Below, piece after piece: positions 9,990 to 20,100 of a DNA stretch of 22,326 nucleotides. Below the pieces are notes generated by a model. The model worked only from the letters and a program-made list of their open reading frames with translations. It was not told where the DNA came from and made no database searches. The stretch is from Octopus sinensis. Lineage: Eukaryota. Within the stretch, counting starts at the first letter, position 1; each line of letters begins with the position of its first letter. The stretch is taken from the NCBI RefSeq assembly GCF_006345805.1, contig NW_021837015.1, positions 1 through 22,326 on the forward strand, given 5' to 3'. A program made the translations under genes and the position numbers.

Positions 9990-10760
9990 TAATCTTCGTC
10001 CTCAGCCGACGAAGAAAAAAAAGCGATTCCTGATGATGACCCCGAATATCTCAACGTCTATAGGTGCAAATATATGGTTTCTGGCCAGGGACAAGGATTT
10101 CTTTTTTGGCGAGCTCCGCGTGTTTTGCTGCCGAATCAGGCTCAGCAACTGCCGAAATTAGATTATGTGCTGAAAATCTGTCGGAGCATGTCGCGTCCCA
10201 TATGAGGAATTTTTCGTGATCAAAAAGAAATGTTATCATGCCATCTGAGCGTTTTCCATCTTCGCGATCCAACACGACCGAATTCAGCACATTAGGGAAT
10301 CCCGCAGATGCCAGGACGCGGCTCACCACATCATTAAACCCAGAGTGGAGAGGGAAGCGGCCAGCGCTACGACGGCAAGATAGCGGGTGTAGTCCTAAGG
10401 TGTTTGTCTAACTGCAGCCGCATTGATGCTTATGGCAAATGTTTAATCCCAAGCGCAGGAAAACTGCGATGCAGAGGCATTCATTATCCAGTAATGTCCC
10501 GACTGACGCCATAGCCAGCCAGGCTCCTGAATACTTTTGGGACCTTGCAAACAGACAGGTCAGGCGGTGTTGATCAAGTTTACACTTGAAAAGCAAAAAC
10601 TTGTAATCGGAATAAATTGCGTCCCATCCCCGCTATCTGGTCAAATAATCAGGTTTATTCAAGGCCATTTGGGGATCAGCATCCTACAGCCGAAGAGAAC
10701 TCAGAGTCCAAGGGCAATTCAATGTAATTGTCTTACCTGCTGTTTATGATTTCAGATTTA
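9990..10760 (-). mobile_element. Degenerate CRE-clade non-LTR retrotransposon, copy 3 (3' half)
   Basis: QKYSGAWLAMASVGTLLDNECLCIAVFLRLGLNICHKHQCGC, VSRVLASAGFPNVL..LDREDGKRSDG..LIWDATCSDRFSAH..AAKHAELAKK. Confidence 0.9.
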
Positions 10761-10879
10761 TGGTAATTGTCCACAACTTATTTACTGACTGTGTACACGT
10801 CAGACCGAAAAAATCAAACTCAAGCTAACTCAAGAATATTAAAATTTATAATTTGTGGCAAAAAGTGCATTTCTAGACC

Positions 10880-12270
10880 AAAATTACGTTTTATACGTTT
10901 AACCCCATAAAGGCAGTAAGCGAATCGTCCTCAAGGAAGTTGTACGGATACTTAACCCGCTCTTCTGCGAATCTACTTTTTGTCGATGCCTGAATGAAAG
11001 TGGAGGTGAGGTTTTCTGCAAATCCTGGTTTCCTTTGGTGATTTTTGTTTTTTGTAAAATGTTCCACCGGTGGTAAACATATTTCCAAAACCAAATTTTT
11101 ACTTTTTATATTATTTAAACAAAAGACCGCAGTAAAAACCGAAGGGTCGTCTCTTGGTCTACCAGGTTTCAGTATCAGCCTTATTAGTGCTTGTATGCAA
11201 ATATCCAACACTTATTTTACCGAGAAAAGAAGAGGTGCCGACTGTTTTTTAAATCTTTTGTTTGAGAGTAGTGTGTCTGATTTCCTGTGCTTCTTGTGTG
11301 TTACTTTTGCATAAAAACTTTGTTAGGTTATTTACCTTCTTTGAACATATTCTCCTGTAAATGTGATTACGTCGCCCGTGCAAAATGGCCTTCCACACAT
11401 CTTCAGTTGATCGGTTCACGGATCGATTTCGGTTCACGGCTCTAAGAACCAGATTCCGTTTTAAACACTTATATCGATTTTTTCTAGCCTTTAATTCGCT
11501 ATTCAATGTTCTGATACTGATGATTATATCCGAATTCATTTGGTAAAATTTCTTGAGGCGATTTCTTTACTTGGCAAAGGCAGACCTCCTTCAACCACTA
11601 GCAGAATGAGGTTCAAGTTTACATATGGCCATTGCTTTTGTTTCCATAATTATTTTCGTGAAGTAGCTGATGGCCTTGTCCAGAGAGCTGAACTTTCCCA
11701 GATGCTAATTGATCTCAGAGTCGGTTTTAGCATAGGTAAGGACATCAGAGTCGGTTTTAGCATTGTGTCGTGGGAATCGCAGCTCGGACGTCACTTTTGG
11801 CTCGTTTGATATTGTCACATTTCCGGACAGTATGAGATGTTCTTTTTATTCTTTTGAAGACGTTTGTAATTAGCATCTGGGAAGGTTGTTATTGGGTGCA
11901 AAGTCAGTTGATGTTTTTTGATCAATGTCGAGAAAAAAAGTGGGTTCCTCCCAGTGCGGATAGAGGTTCCAAAGCTCAAGTGGAGCAAAGCTGATTAGAC
12001 GAGACCATGCTTCGCAGTAGTCTGACGTAAGCGCATAGCTAATGAAGAGAGAGAGGCATGTGGACACCTGTATCCTGACGGAATTGGGAATCCATAGGGG
12101 AATTTTCAAAGAACCTCGGAAATCTGATAGTTTAATAAGAAACGACCAGAGGGTGATTATTAGCCCAAGTTGGAAAAATAAATGAGAATAAATAAATGTT
12201 TTGAGCGTTATTTTTGCTGCACTATAAAGTACTATGGCTCTCGTGATAAGGCTAATAATAATCAAATATT
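10880..12270 (-). mobile_element. Highly decayed Jockey/I-like LINE (possible endonuclease remnant, linker, RT N-terminus)
   Basis: LILKPGRPRDDPSVFTAVFCLNNIKSK..HF..KPGFAENLTST resembles the RT pattern PKPGKP..P.SYRPISLLN..SK..Q.GFR...ST. The upstream LDKAISYFTKII..RNRLKKFYQ..VWKAI resembles the EN-RT linker. The endonuclease part (11870-12270) is weak. Confidence 0.55.
11715..11763 (+). repeat. Local tandem duplication (19-nt identical core, 30-nt period)
   Basis: TCAGAGTCGGTTTTAGCAT occurs at 11715-11733 and 11745-11763. Confidence 0.9.
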
Positions 12271-12833
12271 CATTTGAGCTGTATTATTAATAACCAAGTA
12301 CAGTCAAACCCCAGTAAGTCTCCACCACACTTACTCGCCACCTATTTGCTTGGCCGGAATCTAACTGTTCTCTTGCATGCTCGCAGATCGAGCTTGTTTT
12401 TTTGATTTTTTTCTTTCGAAAAAGAATATACTCACAAAAATGAATGTGGCGTGTATTCAACTTTTTCATTAATAGCTTCGTAAATGTCTTCTTAAATAAT
12501 TAAACATTTCGACTTTCTTTATTTTTGAATACGTATTTAAGAATTAAAAATTCAGAAATCGCGGATGTATGCCATCTTTTAATTATCCACAGAATGTGAC
12601 TTGCTCAGGTGTATTGAAGAATTTTTTAGATTCCCCAAAAAATGGAACATCATTAGTTTATTTTTGAAAAACAGGTAAGTCAGTCCTCTTCCAAAATCTT
12701 TTTTGCGTAAATTCTATTTTTTAAAAGATTTAAGTGTGGTTTGGCGCAACAAGCAAATGTTTAATTGCAGAACACCTCTGGACCTGACATATCTCATTCA
12801 AAATTAAGTTTATTAGTATCATCAATAAAAATG

Positions 12834-14457
12834 TTAATTTATTATGATGTAGAGACCCGTAGACGGGAGTGTGACAAAAATATCTGAAGAAATATTATTT
12901 GGCCTGTAATAAGAATCCATCACACTTTCCACAAACGAGTCAGCAAGATGACTGGGCACAAGTGACACACAACACCCACCCCATCCAGCTCCTGTCAAAC
13001 GACTCCCCAGAGCACCCGAAGCACTAAAATACCTTTCAACCACTCAAACCGACAAGAAGCGACTAATTCATCTAAAAGAGGACAACTACAGTCATAAAAC
13101 ACTGAACAGCTGTGGTGACTCTCATCCATTAACAACCCCAGTCTCTGAGCCACTTTCTCACTCGAACAAACATCTTCAGTTGCCTCCAAAAATTCCCTAA
13201 CTCTCAAAGCCTCCCCAAAAACATGCATCGACCGAGAAAAAAGATCAAACTCCACGACTTGTATTTTAAACGACACAAAAACCATGTCCCAGATTTGAGG
13301 GCAAAACCCGCTCGATGAGGTCGCCTTCCTCCATTTCAAGCTCAGAAGCAATTTCGGCACGTGTGTAGCAATACGTGTGGAACTCACTTTTAACGATATC
13401 AATCATTTCTTCTAAAGTTGAACCTAACAGAATTTGAAGACTGGCCAATTTCGTAATTGGTGATTTCGACTTTCGTTTAGAAATAAGCTAAAAATAAATT
13501 TTGACGTAAAAACAGACCATTGCTGCTAAACGGCACTCAGCGACTCGAGTGTTGAATTGAAAAGTGGCAGCTTTATTCATTTTAACACCAGAATTGGCCA
13601 CCACAAAAGACATTCCTTTAGGAAGGGTCACTAAGGATGTCCTCAAAGGGTCAAATTCAATCGAACATGCCAAAAATGACAAAAATTTTTTACAGAGCCT
13701 GAAGTTGATAGGAATGACGCCGCCTGATCCATTCCCCCTCCTTGGGTTCCAATCAATCTCTCAAACTGACCGCATAAATCAGCTAAATTATTCTATTAAT
13801 AAATAATAATTAATTCAAACTAATTAATTAATAATAGTAATTAACAATAAATAAATACCGCAGAAATTTCCTGTGGGGAAAACATGTGATAGATTACTAC
13901 TGCCGAAGCACACACTAGGGCACTCGAACTCGAAAGGCCAGCTGATGGGGGAATATCTCCATCCACCAAAATCTAAATTTAAAATCAAAAAAAACTACAT
14001 CAAGTCCATTTGGTAGTACTTCTAGTTCAAGGTACCGAGACATGCCAATGAGCCCACACAACACGTAATCAGCCCAGCCTTGATTTGTCAAGACAAGTTT
14101 GTCGGTAGTGGTGTAATGATCTCTGAATTATTCAATAAACAAAAAACGGATATAAATCTGTTTTAGTGTTCGAAATGTTTATTTGAGACATTTGGTTGGT
14201 GGAGACAGCCACAATGGCACACTGTTCAATGGCCATGGGACACACGCCGTACCCACAGTAGTCAATGTGCTCGCCTGTAAATTTGGCAGAGATTTGTACC
14301 GATGAGGTTGACCCGCCCTGGGGCTCTCACGAAGAATTGAGGGGGATGTTGGTAGCGAGTATAGAATGATTTTGATAGTTTGTTCATTCTATTATTTATT
14401 TATTTTTTAATGCCTTGGTGTGTCTTGATATGATTGTTTTGGAATTGTGTGGGCCAT
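12834..14457 (-). CDS. GALK2: N-acetylgalactosamine kinase / galactokinase 2 (GHMP kinase), 450 aa, 10 exons
   Basis: Exons 14457-14414, 14388-14300, 14274-14148, 14122-13999, 13972-13859, 13792-13694, 13670-13518, 13487-13283, 13257-13050, 13023-12834 are in frame. Motifs [91 protein letters not shown] and [12 protein letters not shown] are of the GALK2 type. The model needs a GC-AG intron (14413-14389) and a GT-TG intron (13693-13671). Confidence 0.92.
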
Positions 14458-14599
14458 TATGGTCAGAATGTCAAATTAATTTATTTAAATTTAAAATATT
14501 TTATAATATATTAAATGTATCATTAAATTCTTTAGATTAAATATACTGTATTAAAATAAATTTGATTAATAAAACTTTTTTTTAATTATTATTTTTGTT

Positions 14600-14795
14600 T
14601 ATATATAGCCGTCAAATTAAACTAAAATTAAAGATTTATTCAGGGGTTATAGCCCAGCCGAACGGATTGCTTGCGTTCCCACGCACGATTGTAAGCGAGA
14701 TCCTGCCTCAACCAAGAGGACTCGCGAGCATCCATTTTCTTCCGAGCAATGAGGATGCCGAGGTCTTTTATGAAGCATGAGGTGAGCGGACCTAT
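14600..14795 (-). mobile_element. CRE-clade 3' terminal fragment, copy 4
   Basis: GPLTSCFIKDLGILIARKKMDARESSWLR, then after a frameshift RISLTIVRGNAS. This is the typical CRE C-terminal FIKDLG..ES.WL.QRIS.AI.RGNA pattern, followed by an A-rich tail. Confidence 0.8.
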
Positions 14796-15211
14796 TTTTA
14801 AAACTATTTTTTTAATTCCCATCGTCCATTATATTTTATCAAGATCTCGTAAAAGCGAATTAATGCTTTTCCAGTTTGGAAAAACAGTCGACTATCTTTC
14901 TGAGGAGGTCGGGTATTTTGCGAGTAATTAAAACAAGAGAATGACACTTATCCACAATCGCAGAATTTCTTGCCCTCGAAAATCTGAACATTGATTCACT
15001 CCAAGAAAACTTTTGCTTAACAGAACCATCCTAAATCACTCGGTGGTGTATAAATGTATGAAGGCAGAGCCACTAAATACAGTCCACACTTTTTGCTCGC
15101 CATATTTTTCAAAAAAGAACTTTTAAGTTTGTCCATTTACGTTTATCCACGACAACCGCGGGACAAGTATTAAATAGTGAATATAGCATTTATATATGGG
15201 AGAGTATAGAT

Positions 15212-15284
15212 CAGGGGTGCGCAAGTGCGGCCGTGAGTCGATGAATGTGCGGCCGTGGGCACAATTATGTCATCGAGCAACTAA
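15212..15284 (+). mobile_element. Probable hAT (Charlie/Tip100-like) left terminal inverted repeat, orphan end
   Basis: CAGGGGTGCGCAAGTGCGGCCG follows an 8-mer GTATAGAT resembling the NTCTARAN hAT target. The subterminal GTGCGGCCGTG is repeated twice. I found no matching right end in the window. Confidence 0.5.
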
Positions 15285-17065
15285 TCTTAATAATAAAATG
15301 GTATGGTGTGTGTCTGTCTGTCTGTGTGTGCACACCAACTTCAAATTGGCAATACGATGTCCTCGACTAACATGATGAGGTCCTTAAAACCTTCCCCCCA
15401 AAAAAAATTAAAAAAAAATTTTCTGCATTTTGGTTAAAATGAACAACTACGATGTCCTCGACTTACATGATGAGGTCCATAAAACCTTCCCCCCCAAAAA
15501 AAATTAAAAAAAAATTTTCTGCATTTTGGTTAAAATGAACAACTACGATGTCCTCGACTTACATGATGAGGTCCATAAAACCTTCCCCCAAAAAAAAATT
15601 AAAAAAAAATTTTCTGCATTTTGGTTAAAATGAAGAACTGTGATGTCCTCGACTTACATGATGAGGTCCTTAAAACCTTCCCCCAAAAAAAATTAAATAA
15701 AATTTTCTGCATTTTGGTTAAAATGAACAACTACGATGTCCTCGACTTACATGATGAGGTCCTTAAAACCTTCCCCCCAAAAAAAATTAAAAAAAAATTT
15801 TCTGCATTTTGGTTAAAATGAAGAACTGTAATGTCCTCGACTTACATGATGAGGTCCTTAAAACCTTCCCCCCAAAAAAAATTAAAAAAAAATTTTCTGC
15901 ATTTTGGTTAAAATGAACAACTACGATGTCCTCGACTTACATGATGAGGTCCATAAAACCTTCCCCAAAAAAAATCAAAAAAAAATTTTCTGCATTTTGG
16001 TTAAAATGAAGAACTGTGATGTCCTCGACTTACATGATGAGGTCCTTAAAACATTCCCCCCAAAAAAAAATTAAATAAAATTTTCTGCATTTTGGTTAAA
16101 ATGAACAACTACGATGTCCTCGACTTACATGATGAGGTCCTTAAAACCTTCCCCCCAAAAAAAATTAAAAAAAAATTTTCTGCATTTTGGTTAAAATGAA
16201 GAACTGTGATGTCCTCGACTTACATGATGAGGTCCATAAAACCTTCCCCCAAAAAAAAATTAAAAAAAATTTTCTGCATTTTGGTTAAAATGAAGAACTT
16301 TGATGTCCTCGACTTACATGATGAGGTCCTTAAAACCTTCCCCCCAAAAAAAAATTAAATAAAATTTTCTGCATTTTGGTTAAAATGAACAACTACGATG
16401 TCCTCGACTTACATGATGAGGTCCTTAAAACCTTCCCCCCAAAAAAAATTAAATAAAATTTTCTGCATTTTGGTTAAAATGAACAACTACGATGTCCTCG
16501 ACTTACATGATGAGGTCCTTAAAACCTTCCCCCCAAAAAAAATTAAAAAAAAATTTTCTGCATTTTGGTTAAAATGAAGAACTGTGATGTCCTCGACTTA
16601 CATGATGAGGTCCATAAACCTTCCCCCAAAAAAAAATTAAAAAAAAATTTTCTGCATTTTGTTAAAAATGAAAACTTTGATGTCCTCGACTTACATGATG
16701 AGTCCCTTAAACCTTCCCCCCAAAAAAAAATTAAATAAAATTTTCTCTGGCATTTTGGTTAAAATGAACAACTACGATGTCCTCGACTTACATGATGAGG
16801 TCCTTAAAACCTTCCCCCCAAAAAAAATTAAATAAAATTTTCTTCGCATTTTGGTTAAAATGACAACTACGATGTCCTCGACTTACATGATGAGGTCCTT
16901 AAACCTTCCCCCCCAAAACAAATTAAAAAACAATTTTCTGCATTTTGGTTAAAATGAAGAACTGTGATGTCCTCGACTTACATGATGAGGTCCATAAAAC
17001 CTTCCCCCAAAAAAAAAATTAAAAAAATTTTCTGCATTTTGGTTAAAATGAACAACTACGATGTC
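15285..17065 (+). mobile_element. Non-autonomous Helitron/Helentron-like (DINE-1/HINE-type) element with central tandem repeats; 3' end missing
   Basis: Starts A|TC then TTAATAATAAAATG, followed by a (GTCT)n-containing microsatellite at 15306-15330 and immediately by the tandem array. Confidence 0.5.
15353..17065. repeat. Tandem array of an about 95-bp unit, 18 full copies plus one partial
   Basis: Unit AAAATGAA(C/G)AACT..GATGTCCTCGACTTACATGATGAGGTCC(T/A)TAAAACCTTC(5-6)A(7-9)TTA(8-9)TTTTCTGCATTTTGGTT. GTCCTCGACT was counted 18 times from 15359 to 16970, at 92-98 nt spacing. Confidence 0.97.
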
Positions 17066-17166
17066 ACAGTCGGTTTATGAAACACGCCGTTAATGAAACG
17101 CCAGCATCAAATTAGAAAAAAAATTGATTTTGTCGATAAAAAATTTATAAATTGACAAATACCTGG

Positions 17167-20100
17167 CAAGACAAGACAAGTTTTATTTCCCAACAAACCC
17201 ATAAATTAAAGTTACGAAGAAGGCCAAGAGCAGAACAAGAAACTAATTAAAGTGGGCTTGATTTCATTATATAGGGTCATTTTATGAGACACCACATGTC
17301 TCTTCTTCGCATATACCCTAAAGAATTACATCATAATTTCCATAAGTGACGTAACAAATCTTCTATCTTTCTGACTTTACCGTCATAAGCATCTTCGATT
17401 TTTGAACTTAAGTTCAATCCAAATGCCAATTGAATAGCAAATCTTCTGGTCTTTTCCAACTTTTTCACAAAAATGCTACTTTCTTCTTCGACCTATACCA
17501 TCCTTGATAGCCATATATCAAGAATGGCTCAATACATGTAGATACACAAAAAGGAAAGTTTCAGGCTCCAAATGAAATCGAGTAAGGATTTCAACATTCC
17601 TGTAGCTTTCTCTCTTCGTGTTTTGATATGATCTTTAAAAGATCCTCTTCGGTCTATCGATACTCCGAGATACTCCAATTTTCCAGAGTTTTTTATATCT
17701 CCTGTATTTATATATTCATTGATATTTTTTCTTTTACTTGCAATCCATGTGACTGTTGATTTTCTCTTGACAGAGTCAACCCATTGTTTTGGCACCACCT
17801 CCCAATGTTTTTATATGGGTTTCTACCCTTTTCCACGAATTTGTTTACTTATGCTTGAATCAAGCACAAGAATGTCATCAGCATAAATAATCATACGACT
17901 ATTTATGCTCTCAGTTTTTGGTAACTCACTCATTACACAATTGAAGAGTAGCGGGCTGAGAATTGATCCCTGCGGAACCCCTCTTCGTAATTCAATTTTC
18001 TTAGAAATTAAATTTCCAACACGTATATACGACCTCCTTCTTGAAAGAAAGTTTTCTATCCATAATAATGCGGTCTCCCCAATTCCTGCTTTTGATAACG
18101 TATCAAGAAGTCCGTAGTGCCAAACTGTCAAAGGCCTTCGTTATATCCAAGCACGCTATTGTAAGAAATTCCTTTTTTCCTCTCGAACTATCAATTGCAG
18201 ATCTCAGCTCTCTGAGACAATCTCCAGTCCCTTTTTTATGTCGAAAACCCATTGATTGTCAGAAAGAAATTATTATCCTCAACAAGCCTTGAGAGACGAT
18301 TGAAAAACATTTTCTCCATAATTTTCGAAATTGAGCAGATTAAGCTAATGGCCTATAGCTATCTGCTTTTGACTTAGGCTTTCCTTTTTCACGACCATAC
18401 GTACAATTGTTCGTTCCAGGTCGACGGAACATGTCCAAAACTCCACGAAGAATTGTACAATATATTTAGTAATCCAACTATACGTCTGGTCCGCATCTTG
18501 AAAATACTCATTGGGATGAATCCCATCCTGGTGCTTTATTTTTGCAACCTTTTATCGCAGTATTATTTCTCTTGTGGTTATAGGTTGCACAAGGGACTAT
18601 TCAGTTTCGACGTTTCTTTATAATTACTTCTTTATTTTGCACTTCTTGTGGAATAAAGGTGGCTGGATCAGTCTCTTGAATTCTGGACAATTGTTTGCGT
18701 AATATATCCGGTATTTCTTCCTTCGGAATAGTAAAACCATCATCTGATTTCAGAGAAATTTCTTCTTTTATTACTTGGCGAAACCATTCTTGCAAATAGT
18801 TTCCAAAATTTTGGATTCTTTCGATGTAGCTTTGAACATTCCTTTTTCCATATTTTTTCTTCATTCTTCTTACAACATCCATTATCTTCCTTTATTTAAC
18901 TTGATCTGGTTTTAAGTTCGTGGGAGTCAAAGAAATCCCAACACCTCCTTAATTTATTTTCCAATTTATTCTTCTCCCGACGTAGAGAACGTTCTTCTAC
19001 TCCTATTATCATATTTTCCTCCTGCGGTAGGAGATTTTTCCTTTTTCCATAATTTTCCAGATAACTTAGTAATAAGCATCTTTATTGTTATCCAGGTTAT
19101 CGATATCTTTCGGTTTCGAAATCCTCAAAGAATCTATACCACCAAGTTTTATTCTGATGAAAAAATTGGAGTGATCCAATTCAATTCTACTAATATCATA
19201 TCCAACGAATATGTGCTGTGTGTGAACCGGACCGGTTCTTAATTCAATCGTTTGTGGAATGTGATCACTTCCTACGTCATTTTCAATATATGAGGATTGC
19301 ACATTTCACTCATCTTTTGAGGCATTATGAACAGTCCAAGTCTATCACCACTATAAGTTGCATAGTGATTTATTTCTTTCTGCCGACGTCAATATTTTCA
19401 GTTCCTCCGATTTCATCCACTTTACAAGACATTTTCCATCTTGATTTGTTGTAACACACCCGTAATCAACATGCTTCGAGTTCAAATCCCCACTAAAATC
19501 GGATTCACGTTTTTGTTAAAGAATTCATCAATAATCCATGGGTATTCACGTAATTTCTTCGAATAATACCTCCAATGGCAGGGCCGATGCTCTCGATGAG
19601 GGTGAAGAGAACGTTATCTAAACAACAAAATAACACACCTTGAAGTTTTGAAGGCTATAAAAAAATTAAAAACAACCGTGCGGCGGGTCCAGACAACATC
19701 AACGGTGAATTGATAAAGTACTCCCCAATGGAGATCTCAACTTAATCACAAATCTCCTGAACGAGTGTTCCATGGAAATACCATACCGCCTATTGGAAAG
19801 GAACGCTAATTCCTCTCCAAAAACCCAACAAGCCGCAAGGTCCTCTTAACACATTCGCCCATCATACTCTTGACACAATAAGGAAAATCTTCTCACTCGT
19901 AACACTGGAACGTATTAAGGACCCTGTTAATGAATATCTGTCGGCTAGCCAAAGTGGATCAGGCCTGGGCGATCAACTGCAGATGTAGTATGGGGACATA
20001 TGGATCTGTGCCATATCTCAGAAATTTAAAATGGCGACCACAATATGGGCATTGATATGAGCAGGGCATTTGATACAATCCGCAAGACAACTAATGGAGA

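Noticed and set aside
11870-12469. Novel membrane-protein gene (ORFs 11870..12265 and 12287..12469)
   Set aside because: No consistent micro-intron model joins them, and they lie directly upstream of, and colinear with, decayed LINE linker/RT sequence.
12660-12725. Spliced-leader RNA or extra exon (AAACAG|GTAAGT perfect donor)
   Set aside because: There is no convincing Sm site or stem-loops and no upstream coding exon; it is a single occurrence.
15455-15500. Hammerhead ribozyme/retrozyme or C/D snoRNA in the 95-bp unit (ATGATGAG motif)
   Set aside because: The core reads ATGATGA, not CTGATGA, and no GAAA follows a stem II. There is no CTGA D box in the unit.
15621-15821. ORF inside the tandem array
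   Set aside because: It is a chance frame across two units; homopolymer length varies between units and breaks the frame.
15353-17065. CRISPR array
   Set aside because: The whole unit repeats with no unique spacers, there are no cas genes, and the context is eukaryotic.
17065-17092. Transib TIR / RSS-like heptamer CACAGTC
   Set aside because: The heptamer is imperfect, there is no nonamer, and no matching opposite end or 5-bp TSD was found.
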